Assembly: GCA_007376295.1 (NCBI GenBank)
Contig: VMGB01000001.1
Location: forward strand, 413,969-477,968
Direction: 5' to 3'
Source: Parcubacteria group bacterium Gr01-1014_13
Lineage (GTDB): Bacteria > Patescibacteriota > Patescibacteriia > Magasanikbacterales > GWA2-37-8
DNA: 64,000 nt
Shown: positions 9,440-19,080 of the stretch, piece after piece
Numbering within the stretch: the stretch's first letter is position 1
Layout: each line of letters opens with the position of its first letter
Notes under the pieces: generated by a model
The model's database searches: none
Seen by the model: only the letters and a program-made list of their open reading frames with translations
Told to the model about the DNA's origin: nothing
Program-made: the position numbers and the translations under genes

Positions 9440-10315
9440 TTATTTGCTCAATATTTTTTTACGAGCATATTCTTCCGCAACCCGAATAGCGGCGCAAGTA
9501 ATAATATCCAAATTGCCAGCATAGGCAGGCAAAAAATCGCCGCGGCCGACAACTTCAATAGTAACAGTAACTTTGCCTTTTTCAGCTGTCGGACCCATAG
9601 CCAAACGATAACCGGGCACATACTGCTGTATAGAAGCAGCCACTTCATTAATTTTCTTAGTTAAAGCTTCAATATTTGGCTCTGGAATTAAAGCATAAAG
9701 AGTATTATGCATTAAAATAGGCGGTTCAGCCGGATTTAAAATTAAAATCGCTTTGGCTTCCGGTACGCCGGAAAAACTTTTTAAGGCATTAGTAGTAGTA
9801 TTAATATATTCTTCAATATTCGCTCTAGTGCCTGACCCAGCTGATTTGGAAGCAACACTACCGACAACTTCGATATATTTTGTTTCCGGATGAACTTCCA
9901 TTATCGCTTTGGCAATTGGAATAAGTGTCTGACCGCCACAGGTAACTAGATTGACGTTTGGCACTTCCAAAGCTTCGGCTAAATTTATAGCCGGTACGCA
10001 CATCATACCGATTCTCGACGGAGTAAGGTCAATAGTAAATTTGCCTAAATTTTTTAAAATAGGCGCATGTTCAGTATGATAAACAGCGCTGGTCGTATCA
10101 AAAACAATTTCACAGTAATCCGGATTATTGATAATAGCCCCCAGAGAATCAAATGAAGTAGGTACGCCCATCGCCTTTGCCCGGGCAATACCTTCGGAGT
10201 CTTTATTTCGGCCGGTAAAAATTCCACATTCCAATACTTCGCTGCGGCCTACTTTATGCAACAAATCACTGCCAATATTTCCGGTACCGATTATGCCTAC
10301 CTTAATTTTTTTCAT
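9440..10315 (-). CDS. dmpF: Acetaldehyde dehydrogenase (acetylating)
   Basis: GTGNIGSDL, DLTPS, VTCGGQ, GTRANIEEY, YAGNLDI. Confidence 0.92.
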   Translation of the reverse strand: MKKIKVGIIGTGNIGSDLLHKVGRSEVLECGIFTGRNKDSEGIARAKAMGVPTSFDSLGAIINNPDYCEIVFDTTSAVYHTEHAPILKNLGKFTIDLTPSRIGMMCVPAINLAEALEVPNVNLVTCGGQTLIPIAKAIMEVHPETKYIEVVGSVASKSAGSGTRANIEEYINTTTNALKSFSGVPEAKAILILNPAEPPILMHNTLYALIPEPNIEALTKKINEVAASIQQYVPGYRLAMGPTAEKGKVTVTIEVVGRGDFLPAYAGNLDIITCAAIRVAEEYARKKILSK

Positions 10316-10320
10316 ACTCG

Positions 10321-11286
10321 TTACTTACTTTGCAGCTGGTCTTTGTACCATGAGTAGGTTTCTAAAATTCCTTGATTAAAATCGTATTTAGATTTCCATC
10401 CCAAAATCTTTTCTGCTTTCTCAAAATTTAAACTCTGCTCCGGAATCTCATTTTTCTGATTATTCACTATTTTATACTCAATCTTCGCCCCAATAACCTG
10501 AGAAACTTTGGCAATCAAATCTAAAACAGAAAAATTAAAACCGGAACTAAAATTAAATGCCTCGCCTTTTGCTTTTTCCATCTGTTCAGCCAGAGAAATA
10601 TACCCGTCTACAACATCTTTTACATAAACATAATCACGTTTAAAATTACCATCGCTGCGCAGTTCTAACACTTCATTTTTGATGGCCGCCTTCATCATTC
10701 CTGGAACAATACGGTTGAAATTTAAATCGCCCGGACCAAAAATATTGCCGAAACGAGAAACTGTCACCGGCAGATTATATGTCTTGGCATAAGTGAGTGC
10801 TAAAAGGTCGGTGCAAGATTTGGAAACATCATATGGATGATCACCGCGCAGAGGCTGATCTTCAAGAGCAGTTAGGCAATCTTTACCATAGGCTTTGTCG
10901 CTTGAGGCGACTACAACACCATGGATATATGGTGACATCCTGGCTGCTTCCAAAATATGGACAGTACCCATAATGTTGGTGGCAAGCGTTTCATATGGAT
11001 TTATGAAAGCGGTGGCCACGATTGGCTGGGCCGCAATATGAAAAATATAATTTACTTCGTATTTGGTAATAACATCGGCGATGCGTTCGCGATCTTTTAG
11101 GTCTCCATTTACCACAACTACCTTTTCATCAAAATTATTTTTAAAAAAATACGCTTCCGGATCACGGCTGCGCGAGAGCGCGATAATGCGGCCGGTATCC
11201 ATGGACAAAAGACGTTCAATCAAATGCGAACCTACTAATCCAGTGGCTCCGGTTACCAAAATTGTTTTGCCGCGCAAATTGCTCAT
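10321..11286 (-). CDS. rfbG: CDP-glucose 4,6-dehydratase-like SDR
   Basis: TGATGLVG, AAQPIV, SSDKAY, PYDVSK, GNIFGPGD; follows rfbF. Confidence 0.75.
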   Translation of the reverse strand: MSNLRGKTILVTGATGLVGSHLIERLLSMDTGRIIALSRSRDPEAYFFKNNFDEKVVVVNGDLKDRERIADVITKYEVNYIFHIAAQPIVATAFINPYETLATNIMGTVHILEAARMSPYIHGVVVASSDKAYGKDCLTALEDQPLRGDHPYDVSKSCTDLLALTYAKTYNLPVTVSRFGNIFGPGDLNFNRIVPGMMKAAIKNEVLELRSDGNFKRDYVYVKDVVDGYISLAEQMEKAKGEAFNFSSGFNFSVLDLIAKVSQVIGAKIEYKIVNNQKNEIPEQSLNFEKAEKILGWKSKYDFNQGILETYSWYKDQLQSK

Positions 11287-11300
11287 ACTCTGCCTCTAAA

Positions 11301-12101
11301 TTAATTCTGCCAAATCTTCCAAAAAGGATCTTTGTGCCAATTCTCATTTAGTTCCTCTACTTCTTTGTATGTATCCATACACTTCCATTTTCCTTGGTGA
11401 GTATAGACCGATAACTCCCCTTTTTCTGCCAGCATTGGAAAAAGTGATTCAATCATGGTGCCTTCAGCAATCAAATCTAGCGCTTCCGGCTTAAAAACCA
11501 TGAAGCCGCCATTTATAAAATCATTACCTCTTTCTTCTTCAGCACCACGGGTAACTTTGTGCTGAAAAAAATCAACTGCCTTTTTTGTATCGGGATGAAT
11601 ATTTAAAAATCCAAAACGACTAGCCGGACGCACGGCGGTAATGGTCGCCAGAGTATTTTGTTTTTTATGAAAGTCCACTAATTCTTGGAGGTTTATATCA
11701 GCCACACCATCCCCATAAGTTATCATGACATCTTCACCCGGATTTAGGTGCTTTCGCAATTGACGAATACGTTCGCCGGTCAAACTGTTTAATCCGGTTT
11801 CGGCAAAAGTTATTTTGAAGTCATCACAATCATTGTTGTGAAAGATTAGGTCGTTATTTTTGGTATGCAAAGTAAAATCATTGAGCAAACTGCGCCAATT
11901 CAAAAAGTACTCCTTTATCATGCTGCCTTTGTAACCAAGAGCCAGAACAAAATCATTAAATCCATGATGGGCATATATTTTCATGATGTGCCACAAAATC
12001 GGCTTGCCTCCAACTTCCACAAGCGGCTTTGGTTTAAATTCTGTTTCTTCTTTCATGCGGGTGCCGGTGCCGCCGCACAGAATGATTGTTTTCATAAGCA
12101 T
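11301..12101 (-). CDS. rfbF: Glucose-1-phosphate cytidylyltransferase
   Basis: LCGGTGTR, KPKPLVEVGGKPILWHIMK, TYGDGVAD, INGGF, WKCMDT. Confidence 0.93.
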   Translation of the reverse strand: MLMKTIILCGGTGTRMKEETEFKPKPLVEVGGKPILWHIMKIYAHHGFNDFVLALGYKGSMIKEYFLNWRSLLNDFTLHTKNNDLIFHNNDCDDFKITFAETGLNSLTGERIRQLRKHLNPGEDVMITYGDGVADINLQELVDFHKKQNTLATITAVRPASRFGFLNIHPDTKKAVDFFQHKVTRGAEEERGNDFINGGFMVFKPEALDLIAEGTMIESLFPMLAEKGELSVYTHQGKWKCMDTYKEVEELNENWHKDPFWKIWQN

Positions 12102-12124
12102 TTTATTGTCATCTCAAACCAATT

Positions 12125-14197
12125 CTACTTTATTGTCTGCTTGCCTCCCGAAACTTCTGGTGCCAGAATTTGCTGTATTACACTCTGTTCTTCCGGCTTA
12201 AAAACCACTCCATTTTTTTCAGCTAAATTTAGGACTTCTATCGCCTGAGGCATTTTTCCAAGCAGTCTGTATAAATAAGCTAGACGCCAATAACCCTCGC
12301 TTACTTTCGGATCATCATCAATAGTTTGTTTCAATAATTTTACAGCATCATCAGTTTTCCCAATCTGCAAGTAAAAATTAGCCAAATTGTAAATTATTTG
12401 TTGACGCTTAGGAGAATAACTCAACGCTATTTCCAAATTGTCTCCATATAATTCAATGTAACTTGGATCATTGGTTATAGAATAACCGGCCTGGCCTAAC
12501 TGGCTTAAGGTCAGGTAATTTCTTATATCATACGGATGCAGAATAACATTTGCCTGCATCGCTTCAATCCCTATTTTTAATATTTCCATGCGTTGATCTT
12601 TGTTAAGTTTATTGTTTTCACTGTTTAAAACTTGACCAACGGTACGCGTTATATCACTGCGGATATCATCGATATGAGGTGAATTAAAGGCTAAAGCGGA
12701 TTTCATGGCCTCTATGCCTTGCGCTGGCTGATTAGTTAAGTACTTTAAAGCATCAAGCGTTTTCATATTCGCTCTGGCCGGTTGGATTTCAAAAATAAAT
12801 ATTGATAACAAGACTAATAAGCTTGTGGTGACCATCGCGCCTGAACCGATAGTTTTGTTCAAAGAAATATTCCCGGCTTTGCCATTATTTTTTGTTCCGT
12901 TAACAACCAACTCTTCCCGTTTTAAAGATAAACTGCCAACCATAGCCAACCAGAACATGAAATATAAGTATGAGGTTGGATTTTCAAACACCGTAACATT
13001 CTGCACAAGATGAGCAACTAAAAATGAAATTCCAATCACGGCTATATGCAAATCTAAAATCTGTTTCCTTCTGGCCCATACCAAAGTAAAGATGGCGGCA
13101 AAAAAGATAAGCAGATAACTGGCTAGACCAAATGCTCCCTGCACGGCCAAAGTATTCATTATAATATTGTGGGCGTTATCAAACCATGTTTCACCGTAAC
13201 CAAACTGTAAAGATCGAGATTGATAATTCTTGTTAAAAGCATAAAAGAAATTATTCGGACCCCAACCAAAAACTGGTTTTTCTTTCCAACTCTCTATAGC
13301 CACTTCCCACGCTATCCAACGAGGACTGTTTTTAATACCTTCTAAGGAAGTATTCAAAGTACGGCCAACAGCCGGGATATTTTGCACAAAACTTGTCTGT
13401 CTAAAAGCATAAAGCACAGAAATGACCGCAACCCCGGCCACAGCTACGCCCACCAGAATCTTTCTTGTTTTAGGAAAATCACGCAAAACGATAATATAGC
13501 CAAGTAAAGCCACACCCATACCGGCAACCAAACCAAGTATTGACCCGCGAGTGCCGCTGAAAAACATGCCTAACAAAGCTAAGAAACCCGCCCCTACTTC
13601 TAACCACTTCCAGGTTTTATTTTGTTCTTTAATAAAAAGTAAAAACGAAACAAAAATTAGAAACAGGCCATAACCACCCACATAAATTGAGTTTCCTAAA
13701 GTGCTCGCGACTCTGCTAATGTCCTGATTCAGCAATAAACCAACTTTGAAATGCTGAATAACGCCAATAAACATCGCGACCGAACCAGCTAACAAAAATA
13801 CTTTTAAAGCCTTATTCCAATCTGTCCAATTTTTAAATACTGAACTGCAGATGAAATAATAAGCAACATAATGAAAGATGGTAAATAGTCCCAACATTCT
13901 TTCGTGATTATCCCAAAAACTATGATAAGGATCTACGCCGACAAAAGTAGAGATAGCAAAACTGACCAAAAAGGTGGCTAATGCCAAATTTAACAGAGAA
14001 AATTTTGGCTTAAACTCCTGCCAATTAATAAGCAGTAACAAGATGTAACAACCGATCATTACTGTCACTAGCGACCGAAACAATAAAATTTTGGGTACGA
14101 TAAAAGGAAAAATAAAGGACATGGGCAGAACTAGCAGCGGCACAAAAAAGGTCGCATACATTAAAAACTTGATGGCTTTAACTAGATTTTGCTTCAT
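12125..14197 (-). CDS. O-antigen ligase (Wzy_C)-family membrane protein with C-terminal TPRs
   Basis: STLGN, SGTRG, FGWGPNNF, DNAHN motifs; many TM segments; TPR-like C-terminus. Confidence 0.85.
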   Translation of the reverse strand: MKQNLVKAIKFLMYATFFVPLLVLPMSFIFPFIVPKILLFRSLVTVMIGCYILLLLINWQEFKPKFSLLNLALATFLVSFAISTFVGVDPYHSFWDNHERMLGLFTIFHYVAYYFICSSVFKNWTDWNKALKVFLLAGSVAMFIGVIQHFKVGLLLNQDISRVASTLGNSIYVGGYGLFLIFVSFLLFIKEQNKTWKWLEVGAGFLALLGMFFSGTRGSILGLVAGMGVALLGYIIVLRDFPKTRKILVGVAVAGVAVISVLYAFRQTSFVQNIPAVGRTLNTSLEGIKNSPRWIAWEVAIESWKEKPVFGWGPNNFFYAFNKNYQSRSLQFGYGETWFDNAHNIIMNTLAVQGAFGLASYLLIFFAAIFTLVWARRKQILDLHIAVIGISFLVAHLVQNVTVFENPTSYLYFMFWLAMVGSLSLKREELVVNGTKNNGKAGNISLNKTIGSGAMVTTSLLVLLSIFIFEIQPARANMKTLDALKYLTNQPAQGIEAMKSALAFNSPHIDDIRSDITRTVGQVLNSENNKLNKDQRMEILKIGIEAMQANVILHPYDIRNYLTLSQLGQAGYSITNDPSYIELYGDNLEIALSYSPKRQQIIYNLANFYLQIGKTDDAVKLLKQTIDDDPKVSEGYWRLAYLYRLLGKMPQAIEVLNLAEKNGVVFKPEEQSVIQQILAPEVSGGKQTIK

Positions 14198-14284
14198 AAG
14201 ATATTTAAAAAAGGCTTAAAAGGCTCGAAAGGCCTAAAAAGCTTGATTGATTAAAATTACACTAAATATATTAGCTGTTTTTGC

Positions 14285-15388
14285 CTAAAATGTCAAATAT
14301 CTGGACGCATCCAAATCACCCTTTTTTCTGGCTTTCCAGCAGACAATTATGATCACAATTGCCTCAATGGCAATAAAAACCCCTCCGGCGAAGCTTAAAA
14401 CATATATAAACCGCCTAAACCCGGCTAAAAATAACAAAATCGGCACCGAAATAACCAAAAACTCGGCCAAAATTTTGTTCAGTTTATTGTCCCAAACAAG
14501 ATTTTGTTTCAAAGCAATGCCAGAACCGATAAATCCTGTGGTCATGGCTAAAATAGCAAAAATATTCCCTAAAACCAGAACCCCATCTCCAAATCTAGCA
14601 CCCAAACCAATCGTTGCAATTTCGGAAGTTTGCAAGCCGCTCGACCCGACTACAGCCAAAGCAAAAAGTATGTATACCCCCACCGGGATAAGCGAACCAA
14701 TAATTAAAGCTTTCCTAAAATGGCGCTGACTGCGAGGCAAAAGCGCGTGCGCCTCTACTACAGCCGCTGTACCGTTCAAAGCAAAAAGGATCACGCCATA
14801 TGGCAAAAACATTTTAGTTACATCTGTGTAAATCCAATTTGAAAATTTAAAATCTCTGAAAAGATAAAAAGATAACCCGCAGATTATACTAATAACAATA
14901 AAGCTCAAAACTTTTTCCACGCTTTTTATGGTTTGCAGGCCCCGCCAAACAATAATACTGGCAATGCTCCAAAAAATTACGCTCCAGACGACCGGATTGC
15001 CACCAAACAAAGCCGACAGAGATTGCCCTTCACCGATAATGTAGGCGAGCAATGCGCTATAAGAAGCAAGAATAATAATTACATTAAGAAAATATTTAAC
15101 CCACTTGCCCAAATACTTTCCGGCCAAACCGGGAATTTGCAGAGACTCGTTAGTGCGTACCGCTATCTCGCCCAATACCAAATTTAAAAAAAGCATTATC
15201 AAACCAAGCCCCACAATATAAGCAATGCCTATTTTTAGTCCGACCTGCGCCACTACATAGGGAATACCCAAAACACCGGCGCCGATGGTCATGCCGGTAA
15301 TCATAAAAATCGCATCCGCCATTGAAGCGGCCGGTTTATAAACACCTTGATGCAAAATAATTTTTTTCTCTTCAAGCTGGGTTTGCAT
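14285..15388 (-). CDS. Aromatic amino acid permease (TyrP/Mtr-like)
   Basis: GMTIGAGVLGIPY, PYGVILFA; ~11 TM helices. Confidence 0.85.
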   Translation of the reverse strand: MQTQLEEKKIILHQGVYKPAASMADAIFMITGMTIGAGVLGIPYVVAQVGLKIGIAYIVGLGLIMLFLNLVLGEIAVRTNESLQIPGLAGKYLGKWVKYFLNVIIILASYSALLAYIIGEGQSLSALFGGNPVVWSVIFWSIASIIVWRGLQTIKSVEKVLSFIVISIICGLSFYLFRDFKFSNWIYTDVTKMFLPYGVILFALNGTAAVVEAHALLPRSQRHFRKALIIGSLIPVGVYILFALAVVGSSGLQTSEIATIGLGARFGDGVLVLGNIFAILAMTTGFIGSGIALKQNLVWDNKLNKILAEFLVISVPILLFLAGFRRFIYVLSFAGGVFIAIEAIVIIIVCWKARKKGDLDASRYLTF

Positions 15389-15404
15389 GAAGATATTATA
15401 GCAT

Positions 15405-15439
15405 AAAAAAAATTAGAGACGAAGTTGCTACTTCGTCTC
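15405..15439 (-). terminator. Terminator hairpin, repeat copy 1
   Basis: gagacgaagt-tgct-acttcgtctc plus A-run. Confidence 0.7.
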
Positions 15440-15456
15440 ATTTTGTCTTCTCCTAA

Positions 15457-16158
15457 TTACTCTTCTTTTTCCTTTATTGCGCCCTCTGCCTGTGCCACCG
15501 CTCTTTCTAGGGGCATTAAGCAAACTTGTACACCATCAACAGTGCTAGTAAACGGGAAATACTGAAAATCATCAACCTTTAACTGTAGCACTTCGGGATC
15601 AAATCCCAGACATACAGCATTGGGATATTTATCATGCCTGATGGGACCAATGTAAGTTACCCATGACCTACCTTCAAATACTTCTGCCAGCTTGTCGGCA
15701 ACTTGGTACACCTTTTCTCCAAGCGCTACAGGCCTTCCTTCCATAATATAAAGACGAACTTGTATACCGTCCACTTCTTTACTATCAGGGAAATATTTAA
15801 ACTGCGCAGCTGTTAGTTTAAACGCGTCGGCAAACACCCGGAGCTGCACAATGCAGCCGTACTTTTGATCTGGCATAACACCCATACCCGCAAACCAATC
15901 CTGCCCTTGAAATATTGGAGCAATATTTTTCGCCACTTCTTTTGCCTTTTCAAAAGAAATCAGAGATGGTGGGGGCAAAACTGCATCCACAGCCGACCTA
16001 TTTTTGAGTTCGTCAGATAAGACGGCCTTTTCTGTTTCCGTTTCTGGTTTAATAAGTCCGCCGCCAGATGGCTTCCATTTCGCCAACTTGGCCATAATGA
16101 TTCCCAGCAGAATAAACACTCCGAGACAAGCAATTACGATCCATCCATTTTTGTCCAT
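15457..16158 (-). CDS. Hypothetical membrane-anchored protein with a tandem internal repeat
   Basis: N-terminal TM; two ~70-aa repeats (F.G..W...KY...V.L...F.YFP....VDG.QV.L); AAGGAG SD; promoter TTGACC-17-CATAAT. Confidence 0.7.
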   Translation of the reverse strand: MDKNGWIVIACLGVFILLGIIMAKLAKWKPSGGGLIKPETETEKAVLSDELKNRSAVDAVLPPPSLISFEKAKEVAKNIAPIFQGQDWFAGMGVMPDQKYGCIVQLRVFADAFKLTAAQFKYFPDSKEVDGIQVRLYIMEGRPVALGEKVYQVADKLAEVFEGRSWVTYIGPIRHDKYPNAVCLGFDPEVLQLKVDDFQYFPFTSTVDGVQVCLMPLERAVAQAEGAIKEKEE

Positions 16159-16218
16159 TTTCTTTTTCTCCTTGTTAAACCAGATTATGGCTTAAATTTT
16201 TTAAAAGGTCAAGTTGGT

Positions 16219-16251
16219 AAAAAATAAGAGACGAAGTTATTACTTCGTCTC
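16219..16251 (-). terminator. Terminator hairpin, repeat copy 2
   Basis: gagacgaagt-tatt-acttcgtctc plus A-run; stem identical to 15416-15439. Confidence 0.7.
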
Positions 16252-16264
16252 TGAACACGTCCCC

Positions 16265-16525
16265 TTACTGACCGCTTGGCTGCTCTGTTGCCTCTGCCTG
16301 CGGCACAGTTTTTTCTGCCGGAGCTTCAACAGCTACATCTACGTTTGCTTCAACAACGCCAGAAACCAACTTGTTTTTGGCTTCATCAACAGCTTTTATC
16401 GTAGCTTCATTGGCCGTTGGCTGGGACTTGTCAGGTGCATTTTTAAGCATATGGCCAGCCCATAAAGGCATGCCTAATCCAAAGACCCCCATAAGTATAA
16501 GAACAACTACTTCCCAGGTCTCCAT
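16265..16525 (-). CDS. Small membrane-anchored hypothetical protein (start METWE)
   Basis: AAGGGGG SD before ATG 16525; promoter TTGATT-17-TATAGT; N-terminal TM and Ala/Glu-rich tail. Confidence 0.6.
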   Translation of the reverse strand: METWEVVVLILMGVFGLGMPLWAGHMLKNAPDKSQPTANEATIKAVDEAKNKLVSGVVEANVDVAVEAPAEKTVPQAEATEQPSGQ

Positions 16526-16622
16526 GTGTGTTTCCCCCTTAGCCCGACTATACCTTAAATCGGACAAAAAATCAAGGGTTGGACCAAAACAAAAAAGACC
16601 GTAAAATTACGATCTTTTTTTG

Positions 16623-16696
16623 TAGGCGCTTAGGGATTCGAACCCTAGACCTCCTCGGTGTAAACGAGGCGCTCTAACCAACTGAGCTAAACGCCC
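16623..16696 (-). tRNA. tRNA-Val(TAC), CCA not encoded
   Basis: GGGCGTTTAGCTCAGTTGGTTAGAGCGCCTCG-TTTACAC-CGAGG...GGTTCGAATCCC...GCGCCTA. Confidence 0.95.
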
Positions 16697-16740
16697 GAAA
16701 AAATATTCTTGCCACACAAATAATAAAAAATTATTTGTTG

Positions 16741-16813
16741 TGGGTCGGCTGGGGATCGAACCCAGGACCACTGCCTTAAAAGGGCATTGCTCTACCAGCT
16801 GAGCTACCGACCC
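16741..16813 (-). tRNA. tRNA-Lys(TTT), CCA not encoded
   Basis: GGGTCGGTAGCTCAGCTGGTAGAGCAATGCC-CTTTTAA-GGCAG...GGTTCGATCCCCAGCCGACCCA. Confidence 0.95.
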
Positions 16814-16869
16814 AAATTGTTCAATTTAGTAATTTAAATACTATACTAATTTAATAAAAAAATCAAGGG

Positions 16870-17949
16870 CTACCACCGTTCGACCAACTGCTCTATGATA
16901 TCCACCACCTTTTGAGGTTTGGCTGGCGGCAAAATCGTCTGCAATCTTTCTCCTAAATATTTCAAAGTTTCAGGATAAGCAATTAGATCTATCACTGTTC
17001 GAGCCAACTTTAAACCATCAACCGCTCTCTCATTCATAACTACAGCAGCATGATGGTCTGCTAATAGTTTGGCATTATATTCTTGGTGTGTATGTGAGAT
17101 TGGCAATAGAATTGCCGGCTTTCCTATAGCTGCTAATTCGGTAAGAGTGCCGAATCCGGCTCTAGCTATCACCAAATCAGAAACAGCATAGGCATCCTTC
17201 ATATCTTCTTTTAAAAATTGATAGACATGATAGTTGGGAAATACCTTGGCCGCATTCTCTTGCAATTCGCGCGGCCGTTCTTTACCAACTAAATGAATCA
17301 CATGATATTCACGCGGCCACACCGACAAGGCTTCAATGATTAATTTGTTTATAACAGCCGAACCAGTACCTCCGCCCATTGCCAAGATAACTGGCGCGCC
17401 CTCGGGAATATTAAATTTTTTTCGTGAATCGCTTGCGTTTGCCACCGATAAATTACGCACCGGATTGCCGATCCATTCAGTTTTACTTTCCGGAAAATAT
17501 CTCTCCGTTTCCCGCAAAGCCGTAGTAATTTTTTTGGCCGTATGCGACATTAATTTATTGGCCAATCCGGCCTGAAAATCCTGTTGATGCACCCAAGTCG
17601 GAATTCCGAGCGCAAATGCGGCAAAGTGTAATGGCACGCTCACAAACCCTCCGGCTGAAATGAGCAGACTGGGTTTTTCATGCCATAACAAAAACAAAGA
17701 CTGAAAAAAACCAAAAATTATTTTAAAAAAATCAAAGAAATTACTCAAAGAAATATACCGGCGGAATTTCCCGGAAGTTATATGGAAAAAAGAGATTCCA
17801 TACTGCTCTACCAGCTCTTTCTCTGGGCCATTTTTTGTGCCTATCCAAACAAACTCAACTTGAGAATTATGTTTTTTATAAATTTCGGCTATAGCGAGTA
17901 GCGGCGCCACTGGCCCCAATGTTCCGCCGCCGGAAAATAGTATTTTCAT
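16870..17949 (-). CDS. murG: Lipid II N-acetylglucosamine transferase MurG
   Basis: SGGGTLGP, GGFVSVP, HQQD, GNPVR, GGGTGS, RAGFGT, HQEYNA; likely start MKILF. Confidence 0.92.
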   Translation of the reverse strand: MKILFSGGGTLGPVAPLLAIAEIYKKHNSQVEFVWIGTKNGPEKELVEQYGISFFHITSGKFRRYISLSNFFDFFKIIFGFFQSLFLLWHEKPSLLISAGGFVSVPLHFAAFALGIPTWVHQQDFQAGLANKLMSHTAKKITTALRETERYFPESKTEWIGNPVRNLSVANASDSRKKFNIPEGAPVILAMGGGTGSAVINKLIIEALSVWPREYHVIHLVGKERPRELQENAAKVFPNYHVYQFLKEDMKDAYAVSDLVIARAGFGTLTELAAIGKPAILLPISHTHQEYNAKLLADHHAAVVMNERAVDGLKLARTVIDLIAYPETLKYLGERLQTILPPAKPQKVVDIIEQLVERW

Positions 17950-17951
17950 AA

Positions 17952-19073
17952 CTATAATTTTCGCCAAAAAATTTCAAATTTACTTACAATCGCTTCCAAT
18001 TCTGCTTTTGCCTCTGGCAAACCAATCCTGTTTTCTGGATCTGGTTCTATCATTTTTTTGGATAAATCTTCAAGTTTTTTAGCGGCTTTTGAATCTGAGA
18101 TTTCAAAAGCTGGATTATCTTCGTATAGTTTTAAAATCTCTTGTAGGCAAACCCCAAACTGGTAAACCATCTCCCCGGCTTTTATCACACCCTCTTCATT
18201 TAATAAGTCCTTAAGCGGCGGCCTATACCCTTTGGAATATAACCTGTCTCCTTTTTGCGTACCTTCTTTTACTAACCCTTCCAAATCAAAAAGCACGCCT
18301 TTAGCAGATTTTTCTTCCATAACTAGACCAAGATTGTCTAACTTGATATCCTGCAAAACCAGGCCGTTTTCTGCCAAATATACTCCCCCAACCAAACAAT
18401 CTTTTAAAATCTTTAAGCTGATCAAAAAATCCTTCCTACTTCTATCAGAAAAACCTAGAAACTCTTTTAAACTATGCATTTTTAGTTTTTCATAAATGGT
18501 TCGCTGGTTAGTCGGATCATAATCTTTTATACTGACAACGTTGGGGTGTGGAGGTAATTTATTTAACACAGCAAAAGCTTCCGGCATTTCACGAGCATGC
18601 TCTTCCCCTAAATGTCCTTGATTTTTATATATTTTTTCTCTGCCGCTATCTGTATCAATCAACTGATTAATAATATTTTCGCGGCCAGAACTTGGACTTG
18701 CTTTTACTTTTTTAATATTTTTGATAACAAGGTAAATTTTTTCATCAATTTTTCCTTTCAACTGCTCAATCAATGCTTGTCGCACTCTCTTGATTACACC
18801 TTCAGCTTCGTCAAAATCTAAATTACCCTTAAATATTTCTTTTTTCACTTCCGCTTCGTTTAATATTTTAGTATCACTTAACGCATCAATAACAAAAGCT
18901 TTTTTTTCACTGCTATTTTTTAATAACTTAAGCTCGTCGATTATATAATCGGCATACTTTTTAACGTCAGCCTGACTAATCACATCGCTACTTACCATCT
19001 TCTTCTCAAGATCATGATCAGGCATGTCTTTAATACTTCCCATGTCTGGAGAAAATGTTTCTATGCGGTGCAT
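17952..19073 (-). CDS. Protein kinase-like domain protein
   Basis: HPNVVSIKDY, LQDIKLDN catalytic loop, FDLEG, YRPP, VYQFG, DPENR. Confidence 0.7.
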   Translation of the reverse strand: MHRIETFSPDMGSIKDMPDHDLEKKMVSSDVISQADVKKYADYIIDELKLLKNSSEKKAFVIDALSDTKILNEAEVKKEIFKGNLDFDEAEGVIKRVRQALIEQLKGKIDEKIYLVIKNIKKVKASPSSGRENIINQLIDTDSGREKIYKNQGHLGEEHAREMPEAFAVLNKLPPHPNVVSIKDYDPTNQRTIYEKLKMHSLKEFLGFSDRSRKDFLISLKILKDCLVGGVYLAENGLVLQDIKLDNLGLVMEEKSAKGVLFDLEGLVKEGTQKGDRLYSKGYRPPLKDLLNEEGVIKAGEMVYQFGVCLQEILKLYEDNPAFEISDSKAAKKLEDLSKKMIEPDPENRIGLPEAKAELEAIVSKFEIFWRKL

Positions 19074-19080
19074 AACAATT

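Noticed and set aside
8428-10315. dmpFG as evidence of aromatic degradation
   Set aside because: No dioxygenase, hydrolase or hydratase nearby; the genes are tightly coupled within an NDP-sugar operon
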